Shown here: piece by piece, positions 55,470 to 64,000 of the stretch
Position numbering within the stretch: the stretch's first letter is position 1
Layout: each line of letters begins with the position of its first letter
Assembly: GCA_963674745.2 (NCBI GenBank)
Contig: CAXXDV010000001.1
Location: 1,920,001-1,984,000 of the forward strand
Length of the DNA stretch: 64,000 nucleotides
Source of the DNA: Desulfosudaceae bacterium
GTDB lineage: Bacteria; Desulfobacterota; Desulfobacteria; Desulfobacterales; Desulfosudaceae
Reading direction: 5' to 3'
Made by a program: the position numbers and the translations under genes
Notes under the pieces: model-generated
The model's input: only the letters and a program-made list of their open reading frames with translations
The model's database searches: none
What the model was told of the DNA's origin: nothing

Positions 55470-56068
55470 AGTTGAAGTTAACATCTGACGCATCCGGTCT
55501 TTCTGGAAAAAGAACGCTTTTAATCGCGGGTACGCTCTGTCTGGTTCTTCTGTCTACCGGCCTGTGCTTTGCCTCCGGTGGAAATGATGAGATCACGTGG
55601 AAGACAACAGACTGGTACAAGGTGATGAATTTCGCTGTTCTGGCGATTGGTCTGTTTATTCTCGTTCGTAAACCGATAGCGAATGCCCTGGACGGACGAA
55701 TTGAAAGTATCAAGGAAGATCTTCGGGCGCTGGAAGCGGAAAAAGTCGAAGCTGAAAAGCAGCTGGAAGAATACAATAAGCGCATTGCCACCCTGGATAA
55801 AGAGGTGGAAAATATTGTCAGCGAATACCGCCGGCAGGGGGAAGCGGCAAAGTCAAAAATTCTGGTCAGCGCTAAAGAAGCCGCCGAAAAAATTGAGGAG
55901 CAGGCCAAAAGAAATATCGAAAATGAATTTGAGGTGGCCCGTCAGAAGCTGCGGATGGATATTTTTGCACAGGCTGTGACCCGGGCGGAAGCACTGGTTA
56001 AAGGGGAAATAACATCAGAAGATCAGGACAGGCTGGTTGAAGAATATTTGAATAAGGTGGTGTCATAG
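55466..56068 (+). CDS. atpF: ATP synthase F0 subunit b
   Basis: VMNFAVL..KPI..L..R, coiled coil, DQDRLVEEYL. Confidence 0.9.
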   Translation: MKLKLTSDASGLSGKRTLLIAGTLCLVLLSTGLCFASGGNDEITWKTTDWYKVMNFAVLAIGLFILVRKPIANALDGRIESIKEDLRALEAEKVEAEKQLEEYNKRIATLDKEVENIVSEYRRQGEAAKSKILVSAKEAAEKIEEQAKRNIENEFEVARQKLRMDIFAQAVTRAEALVKGEITSEDQDRLVEEYLNKVVS

Positions 56069-56619
56069 TGAAGAATTATGCTATTTCAAGGCGTTATGCA
56101 AAAGCACTGATGCTGATCGGCAAAGATGACGGTCAGGCCGAGCTATATAAAGACGAGCTCAACGCCTTTGTTGCGGTGCTTGATGACGAGCAGACATTTG
56201 AAGATTCAATGAACAATCCCTTGTATGCCGCTGAAGATCGCAAGCGAGTGCTGCTGGCTGTTGTTGACAAAATGGGAATGTCCGACATTGTCAAATCGTT
56301 ACTTGTTTTACTTTTCGAAAAACGCCGTTTTGATCAGATTCGGGGTATAACAGAATATTATCAGAAACTTGTTGATGAACATAAAGGAATCGTGCGGGCG
56401 GATGTGGTCTCGGCCACGGCGCTGTCCGATGATGCGGTGGAAAAGATCCGCGCGTCTCTTTCCAAAATGACAGGCAAGGAAGTCATCCTTGATATTAAAC
56501 AGGATGCAGCGCTGATCGGCGGTGTGGTGACAAAAGTAGGCGACATGGTATTGGACGGAAGTATTAAAACCCAATTAGAGAATATGAAAGAATCTTTAAA
56601 AAAAGGTGAGAGAGTCTAA
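56068..56619 (+). CDS. atpH: ATP synthase F1 subunit delta
   Basis: [30 protein letters not shown]. Confidence 0.96.
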   Translation: MKNYAISRRYAKALMLIGKDDGQAELYKDELNAFVAVLDDEQTFEDSMNNPLYAAEDRKRVLLAVVDKMGMSDIVKSLLVLLFEKRRFDQIRGITEYYQKLVDEHKGIVRADVVSATALSDDAVEKIRASLSKMTGKEVILDIKQDAALIGGVVTKVGDMVLDGSIKTQLENMKESLKKGERV

Positions 56620-58133
56620 TGGAAATAAGAGCGGAAGAGATCAGTCAAGTTATCAAAGAGCAGATTAAGGGGTTCGACAAGAAAGTCGAGTTGAGTGAGA
56701 CGGGCGTTGTGCTGTCTGTCGGCGATGGTATTGCCAGGGTTTACGGCTTGATGAATGTCATGGTTCTGGAACTGGTCGAATTTCCGGGCGGTATCCTGGG
56801 CCTGGCCATGAACCTGGAAGAAGACAGCGTCGGTGTTGCGGTCATGGGTGATGATAGATACATCAAAGAAGGTGATATCGTCAAACGTACCGGTCGTATT
56901 GCTGAAATTCCCGTCGGCGAAGGCGTTCTGGGTCGTGTTATCGACACCACCGGCGCTCCGCTGGATGGTAAGGGGCCGATTGAATCGTCCGAATCCCGTC
57001 GTATTGAGATGGTCGCCCCCGGGGTTATCGCCAGAAAGAGTGTTCACGAGCCGATGTTGACGGGTTTAAAGGCGATTGATGCCATGACACCGGTCGGCCG
57101 GGGGCAGCGTGAGCTGATCATCGGTGACCGTCAGATCGGCAAGACCGCGGTTGCCGTTGACTCTATTATCAGCCAGAAGAATACCGATGTTTACTGCATC
57201 TATGTCGCCTGCGGCCAGAAAAAATCAACGGTTGCCCAGGTGGCGGCGATTCTGGAAAAACATGGTGCCATGGAATATACGACCATCGTGGCGGCCAACG
57301 CCAGTGACCCCGCTTCATTGCAGTTTCTGGCACCTTATGCCGGTTGCGCCATCGGCGAATACTTCCGTGACAAGGGGCAGCACGCACTGATCATTTACGA
57401 TGACCTTTCCAAGCAGGCGGCTGCCTATCGCCAGGTATCCCTCCTGATGAGACGCCCGCCAGGACGTGAAGCTTATCCCGGTGATATTTTTTATAACCAT
57501 TCACGCCTGCTGGAACGTGCGGCCAAGCTGAATGATGAATTGGGCGCCGGTTCGCTGACCGCTCTGCCGATTATTGAAACCCAGGCCGGTGATGTTTCCG
57601 CTTACATTCCGACCAACGTTATTTCAATTACAGACGGTCAGATTTACCTCGAACCGGATCTGTTCTTTGCCGGTGTTCGTCCGGCCATCAACGTCGGTCT
57701 TTCCGTTTCCCGGGTCGGTGGTGCGGCTCAAGCCAAGGCAATGAAGCAGGTCGCCGGTAACTTGCGGCTTGACCTGGCGCAGTTTCGCGAACTGGAATCT
57801 TTTGCCGCTTTCGGCAGTGACGTTGACGAATCCACACGCAAACAGCTTGTCCGTGGTGAACGGCTGGTTGAAATCCTTAAGCAGCCGCAGTATCAGCCGC
57901 TGCCTCTTGAAAAGCAGGTTGTGATTATTTACGCCGGAACCAAAGGCCATCTTGACAAGTATGATACAGGTGTCCTGGCCAGTTATGAGGAAGGTCTGTA
58001 TAACTTTATTGAAACCAAATTTCCGGAACTTTTTACCGGTATTGCTGAGAAAAAAGAGCTTACGGAAGAGTTGGAATCCATGCTGAAAAAAGCCATTGCG
58101 GCCTTTGATGCGGAATTCAAAGACACAATCTAA
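56619..58133 (+). CDS. atpA: ATP synthase F1 subunit alpha
   Basis: [38 protein letters not shown]. Confidence 0.99.
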   Translation: MEIRAEEISQVIKEQIKGFDKKVELSETGVVLSVGDGIARVYGLMNVMVLELVEFPGGILGLAMNLEEDSVGVAVMGDDRYIKEGDIVKRTGRIAEIPVGEGVLGRVIDTTGAPLDGKGPIESSESRRIEMVAPGVIARKSVHEPMLTGLKAIDAMTPVGRGQRELIIGDRQIGKTAVAVDSIISQKNTDVYCIYVACGQKKSTVAQVAAILEKHGAMEYTTIVAANASDPASLQFLAPYAGCAIGEYFRDKGQHALIIYDDLSKQAAAYRQVSLLMRRPPGREAYPGDIFYNHSRLLERAAKLNDELGAGSLTALPIIETQAGDVSAYIPTNVISITDGQIYLEPDLFFAGVRPAINVGLSVSRVGGAAQAKAMKQVAGNLRLDLAQFRELESFAAFGSDVDESTRKQLVRGERLVEILKQPQYQPLPLEKQVVIIYAGTKGHLDKYDTGVLASYEEGLYNFIETKFPELFTGIAEKKELTEELESMLKKAIAAFDAEFKDTI

Positions 58134-58201
58134 CAGCAAAGCCTTGAGCCTTTAGAAAAAGCGCTTCAAAAGGTCATGGCGGTGTATAAAGGTTACAGAG
58201 T

Positions 58202-59101
58202 ATGCCGAGCTTAAAGGAAGTACAGTCAAAAATTATCGGGGTCCAGAAAACCAAGAAAATTACCCGGGCCATGAATATGGTCGCCAGCTCCAAAATGCGG
58301 GGCGCCCAGATGGCCATGGAGGCCTTTCGCCCTTATGCGGATAAGTTTGCCGAAGTTCTGGGAAGTCTTGCCGAAAAAGCCGGTGGTGAAGATGTCAGCC
58401 CGCTTCTTGTGCCTCGTGAAGATGTTAAAAAAGTCAATCTAATCCTCTGCACTTCTGACAGGGGGTTGTGCGGCGGCTTTAATAACAAGCTGATTGAAAA
58501 AGCCAAGAATTTCGTAGCCGAAAAATCAGGTGCGGATGTTGAAATATCCTTTACGAATTTTGGCAAAAAAGGGCTGAAATGGGCCCAGAAGCAGAAGCGG
58601 CCGATATGGTCGGAATATCTTGACGTTGTGGGCTCAAGAATCCCCTTTGATATTGCCATGCAGGCCGGTCGCAAGCTGATTGACAGCTTTTTAAAAGCCG
58701 AGTGCGATGAGGTTTATATCATTTATTCCGAGTTCGGCGGCATGTCCCGCCAGATACCGATTCTGCAGAAACTGTTGCCTATACCGCCAGTGGAGACCGA
58801 TGCAACAGAGGCGGTTTCCACCGAGGAATTCCTTTATCAGGCCGAGCATATTTGTGAACCCTCAGCGGATGAACTGATGGGAGAAATGCTCCCTCGGAAT
58901 GTTTATATACAGATTTTTAAAGCGTTGCTGGAGACGTCGACCAGCGAACATGCGGCCCGTATGGCGGCCATGGACAACGCCACCAAGGCATGCAACGATA
59001 TGATAGATGCGCTGACGCTGACTTATAACAAAGCACGTCAGGCGGCGATTACGGCTGAGTTGATGGATATTGTCGGCGGTGCCGAGGCGCTGAGAGGATA
59101 A
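58202..59101 (+). CDS. atpG: ATP synthase F1 subunit gamma
   Basis: KITRAMNMVA, SDRGLCGGFN, SEHAARMAAMDNAT, RQAAITAEL. Confidence 0.99.
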   Translation: MPSLKEVQSKIIGVQKTKKITRAMNMVASSKMRGAQMAMEAFRPYADKFAEVLGSLAEKAGGEDVSPLLVPREDVKKVNLILCTSDRGLCGGFNNKLIEKAKNFVAEKSGADVEISFTNFGKKGLKWAQKQKRPIWSEYLDVVGSRIPFDIAMQAGRKLIDSFLKAECDEVYIIYSEFGGMSRQIPILQKLLPIPPVETDATEAVSTEEFLYQAEHICEPSADELMGEMLPRNVYIQIFKALLETSTSEHAARMAAMDNATKACNDMIDALTLTYNKARQAAITAELMDIVGGAEALRG

Positions 59102-59151
59102 ATTTAATCGGATTCAAGATATTAGATAACTGAGTTTCTGGGAGGTTATAA

Positions 59152-60570
<1,419 letters not shown>

Positions 60571-60600
60571 TGCTTTAATAGCCGAGGGGTAAATTCATAA

Positions 60601-61008
60601 ATGGCACAGAATATAAAACTATCGGTCGTAACGCCTGAAAAGGAAGTTGTCAATGATGACGCGCAGATTGTCATGGCCCCAGGATCTATCGGTGAATTTG
60701 GTGTGCTTTCAGGACATACGCCTTTTTTAACTTCTTTGAAGGTGGGTACGGTACGATATACGGATGGTCAGGGTAATGAACGGCTTATTTTTGTAAGCGG
60801 CGGATTTGCAGAAGTCCTGCCGGAAAAGGTTACCGTCCTGGCCGAGTCTGCTGAACGCAAGGAAGATATAGACGCAAAGCGTGCTGAAGAAGCCAAGGGC
60901 AGGGCTGAGAAAAGGATTGCCGAGGCCGGAGATGATCTGGATATGGCCAGAGCCCAGGCCGCACTGGCAAGAGCGATGCAGCGTTTGCGTATGGTATCGT
61001 CAACATAG
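60601..61008 (+). CDS. atpC: ATP synthase F1 subunit epsilon
   Basis: VVTPEK, GEFGVLSGHTP, VSGGFAEV. Confidence 0.98.
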   Translation: MAQNIKLSVVTPEKEVVNDDAQIVMAPGSIGEFGVLSGHTPFLTSLKVGTVRYTDGQGNERLIFVSGGFAEVLPEKVTVLAESAERKEDIDAKRAEEAKGRAEKRIAEAGDDLDMARAQAALARAMQRLRMVSST

Positions 61009-61052
61009 AACAGCCGGATGGTTGTTGTTTTTAACCGTCAGCTAAGATAATC

Positions 61053-61090
61053 AAGGGCATGCCTTTTAAAAAAGGGATGCCCTTTTTATT
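61053..61090 (+). terminator. Intrinsic terminator of the atp operon
   Basis: AAGGGCATGCCTTTT / AAAAGGGATGCCCTT stem followed by a T run. Confidence 0.8.
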
Positions 61091-61322
61091 GCTTTGATGC
61101 CGCGTAAAAGATTGAGTGTCTGAGATACGGCTGCCATCCTGCCTGGAAGTCTGTTGCATCGTGAGCGCCTGCGGTTCTTTTTTATTGAAACAGGTAGGCT
61201 GTGTTTTCGGGGGGCGCCTTAAACTTGAATCTTTTACAAAGCCATTTTACAATTCAATTTTAAGAAAAATTATCAGTTTATAAATGAAACTGTGCGGATT
61301 AATCTGGTGGGGGTTCGAATAT

Positions 61323-62078
61323 ATGAACAGTGAAAGCAACACCGCAGTTGTCGTTCTGGCGGCAGGCATGGGAACCCGGATGAAGTCGGAAAAAGCCAAA
61401 GTGCTTCACGAAATTGCCGGAAAGAGTATGATCAGTTATGTCCTGGATGCTGCTCTGGGGGTAACCGCATGTGAAAACATCGTGGTTGTCGTCGGTTGCC
61501 AGGCGGAAGCGGTCAGGGCCGAGGTGCTTAAAAAAGCGGATGTTTTATTTGCCCATCAGCAGCAGCAACTGGGGACCGGACACGCTGTCTTATGCGCTAT
61601 GGACTGTATGCCCGAGAACATCCAGGACGTTGTCATTCTATGTGGTGATGTGCCTTTTATTTCTCAAAAAACAATCAAGGCGCTGATCAGAAAAAGAAGA
61701 GAAGATAACTTAACGGTTTCCCTTCTGACCGTTAAGCTTGATTCACCGACGGGATATGGGCGGATTATTTTCGATGATCATGACAAGGTGGCCAGGATTG
61801 TGGAAGAAAGTGACGCCAGTAATTATGAGAAACAAATTAATATTGTTAATGCGGGTACATATTGTGTTGAAAAAACATTTCTGGCCTGGTCTCTGACGCA
61901 GATCAGGTCCGATAATATGCAAAAAGAATTGTATCTAACCGATATTGTCGGGATCGCGGGTAAGAATGAAACACCTGCCGGCGCATTGATTCTTGAGGAT
62001 GCGCATGAGGTGATAGGTGTCAACAGTCTGCAGGATCTTGAACAGGCAGAAAGCTCATTGAAAGAGACCCGGGGCTAA
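61323..62078 (+). CDS. glmU: GlmU N-terminal (UDP-GlcNAc pyrophosphorylase) domain only
   Basis: LAAGMGTRMKS, QLGTGHAV, GDVP, PTGYGRI, ELYLTD, GVNS; stops before the left-handed beta-helix acetyltransferase domain. Confidence 0.85.
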   Translation: MNSESNTAVVVLAAGMGTRMKSEKAKVLHEIAGKSMISYVLDAALGVTACENIVVVVGCQAEAVRAEVLKKADVLFAHQQQQLGTGHAVLCAMDCMPENIQDVVILCGDVPFISQKTIKALIRKRREDNLTVSLLTVKLDSPTGYGRIIFDDHDKVARIVEESDASNYEKQINIVNAGTYCVEKTFLAWSLTQIRSDNMQKELYLTDIVGIAGKNETPAGALILEDAHEVIGVNSLQDLEQAESSLKETRG

Positions 62079-62138
62079 TTTTCTTGACATGAAGTATGTT
62101 TTTCGATAATAATATCATATAATTTATGAGGTGTTTTT

Positions 62139-62390
62139 TTGGAAAATACAGGGAATGAACAACTTTTTTCAAAATTTGATGAAATTGAGGAGAAAGTAGA
62201 AACGTTAATCCAGAAGATTCAATCACTTGAAACGCAAAACGCACAACTTAAAGAACAGGTTTCAGAACTCGAGAAGGGAGTTAATAAAAAAGCAGAGGAA
62301 GAAGAAAAGTATCTTGAGGAAAAAGCTTTAATTAGGTCCAAGATTGACGGGTTAATCCAGAAGATAAATGCATTTGCAGCGCAGGAGTAA
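62139..62390 (+). CDS. zapB: Cell division protein ZapB-like coiled coil
   Basis: Short all-coiled-coil protein directly upstream of zapA; GAGGTG RBS. Confidence 0.65.
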   Translation: MENTGNEQLFSKFDEIEEKVETLIQKIQSLETQNAQLKEQVSELEKGVNKKAEEEEKYLEEKALIRSKIDGLIQKINAFAAQE

Positions 62391-62423
62391 CTTATAATAT
62401 CAGACAGTAAAAAGGGTTGATGA

Positions 62424-62711
62424 TTGGGTGAGGATATCGTTATTACGCTTTTGGGGAAAAAGCTGAAATTTAAAGCGGATGAGAACGTCTCGGACGCAAA
62501 ACAGGTGGCTGATGTGTTGACTCGCGAAGTCAACAAGGTGATTGAGAAAGAAAAACAGTCGATTGGAATGGATAATTTTACCAAGCTGACTCAGGCCGCT
62601 CTGAATTTAGCAAATGATTTTGTCGAGTTGCAACAAAGTTATGCAGAACTGGAAGAACAAATTTCTGACAGATCAGAAGCTTTGTTGCAAGCAATAAATG
62701 CCCGAATATAA
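62424..62711 (+). CDS. zapA: Cell division protein ZapA
   Basis: ITLLGK..K, AALNLA motif; conserved zapA-6S-rny context. Confidence 0.85.
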   Translation: MGEDIVITLLGKKLKFKADENVSDAKQVADVLTREVNKVIEKEKQSIGMDNFTKLTQAALNLANDFVELQQSYAELEEQISDRSEALLQAINARI

Positions 62712-62781
62712 AATCAGCCATAAGCTGTTGAAAATGTAATTTATTCCTCTGGGATTGATAAATAATTAGAGCTTCAAGTTT

Positions 62782-62961
62782 GCCCCCTGCCGTGCAAGTG
62801 ATTGACATGATGCTCTTTGTCCCAAATACAGCAGGAAGGGAGCCGTCACTGATCTTGGTGAGCATGTTCTGCCAAGACAGAAAAGCCTAAAAAGATCATA
62901 TGGCACCCACGTTGTAAAAAAAAGGTCAAGGACCTACCAACACGGCACTGAGGCGGGGGGC
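62782..62961 (+). ncRNA. ssrS: 6S RNA
   Basis: ~180 nt between zapA and rny; closing stem CCCCCTGCC / GGCGGGGG, inner TGCCGTG / CACGGCA pairing, GGGAGC and CACCCAC motifs, T tail. Confidence 0.85.
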
Positions 62962-63124
62962 TTTTTTTGTTTTCCTTTTCTGGATGTCCATTTCTTTCTT
63001 CCTTATCAAAAAATTCCAGGTTTAAAAGTTTAATTGTGAACAGCACGCTTGTGCTATGCTTATAAGATTTTTATGTTTTATATGGTGATACTTAACTTCA
63101 TTATATTAGCCCAGGGAGCTTAAA

Positions 63125-64000
63125 ATGATTGAAAATATAGAATATATAATATTTTTCGGGATAGCGGGGCTGGTGGCCGGGGTGCTTCTGGCGATCTGGA
63201 TCCGCAAAAGAAATCATCTTAAACAGGTTAACGACGCGCGGGCGGAAGCCGGCCGCATTATAGAAGATGCCCGGTTACGTTCGGAAAATCTTTTGAAAGA
63301 AGCCAAGCTGGAGGCCAAAGACCGGCTTTTAAAGATGAAAAGCGACTTCGACGCTGAGACACTGGAAACCAGGGGGGAATTAAAAAAACTGGAACAGCGG
63401 TTAATCTCTAAAGAAGAAAACCTTGATCGAAAATATGATCAGATAGAACATCGGGAACAGGATGTTTACAAGAAAGAAAAATCGCTGCAAAAACGGGAAG
63501 ACAATCTGGAGAAAAAAGAAGTAGAGCGCAACCGGATGGTCGAGGAGCAGAAGAAGCAGTTAGAAGCGATGTCCGGTTTAACTTCTGACCAGGCCAGGGA
63601 TATTCTGGTTAAATCCATGGAAGAGGAAGCCCGGCATGAGGCCGCCAAGCTGATAAAACGCATCACCACAGATGCTGAAGAGGAGGCCGACAAAAAAGCG
63701 AAAAAAATTCTTGCTACGGCCATTCAGCGGTACGCGGGAGATTTTGTGGCCGAGCGAACCGTTTCCGTGGTTGAGTTGCCCGGTGATGAAATGAAGGGGC
63801 GGATTATCGGCCGGGAGGGGCGGAACATCCGGGCGCTGGAGGCCGCCACCGGGATTGATCTGATTATTGATGATACGCCGGAAGCGGTTATCCTGTCCGG
63901 TTTCAATCCTGTCAGGCGCGAAGTGGCACGCATTTCGATTCAGCGCCTGATCGCCGATGGACGGATTCACCCTGCCCGCATCGAAGATGTGGTGAAGAAG
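63125..64000 (+). CDS. rny: Ribonuclease Y (runs off the window end)
   Basis: Translated by hand from ATG 63125: N-terminal TM helix, coiled coil, KH domain [43 protein letters not shown]. Confidence 0.97.
   Translation, partial: MIENIEYIIFFGIAGLVAGVLLAIWIRKRNHLKQVNDARAEAGRIIEDARLRSENLLKEAKLEAKDRLLKMKSDFDAETLETRGELKKLEQRLISKEENLDRKYDQIEHREQDVYKKEKSLQKREDNLEKKEVERNRMVEEQKKQLEAMSGLTSDQARDILVKSMEEEARHEAAKLIKRITTDAEEEADKKAKKILATAIQRYAGDFVAERTVSVVELPGDEMKGRIIGREGRNIRALEAATGIDLIIDDTPEAVILSGFNPVRREVARISIQRLIADGRIHPARIEDVVKK

Overview
64 kb of a bacterial chromosome. Gene order and protein families suggest a Desulfobacterales-like deltaproteobacterium (inference). Most of the window is core housekeeping: clpB, smpB, ptsI/ptsH, eno, pyrG, carAB, mreBCD-mrdA-rodA, atpF'FHAGDC, a GlmU N-terminal half, and zapB-zapA-6S RNA-rny. 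Three accessory or regulatory regions stand out. (1) 1-8043: the right ends of two tandem elements integrated at tRNA-Arg(CCT), marked by two 47-bp copies of the tRNA 3' half. They carry a TPR protein, a TonB-dependent receptor, an arsC with a nonsense codon, an AAA/DUF4143 ATPase and a Rho paralogue lacking its N-terminal RNA-binding domain. (2) 23656-24885, the best candidate for an undescribed system: an AT-rich cassette with a DUF3800 (RNase H-like) gene coupled to a small RelE/PBECR-like gene. It is faced by a convergent ~75-nt two-hairpin small RNA with a TTGACA-N16-TATAAT promoter and a U9 terminator overlapping the last codons of the second gene. (3) 32.6-46.5 kb: a nitrogen-assimilation cluster. 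It has a two-component system, a sigma54-driven hypothetical+gdhA operon and an FMN glutamate synthase with an ANTAR dual-hairpin attenuator plus a GAF-ANTAR protein. It also has a PEP-synthase-like protein and an XRE-cupin regulator that share a degenerate KaiC/RecA-like domain. GTAG-type REPs and a dispersed octamer-repeat palindrome family are also present. All family calls come from motif recognition by eye; no searches were run.
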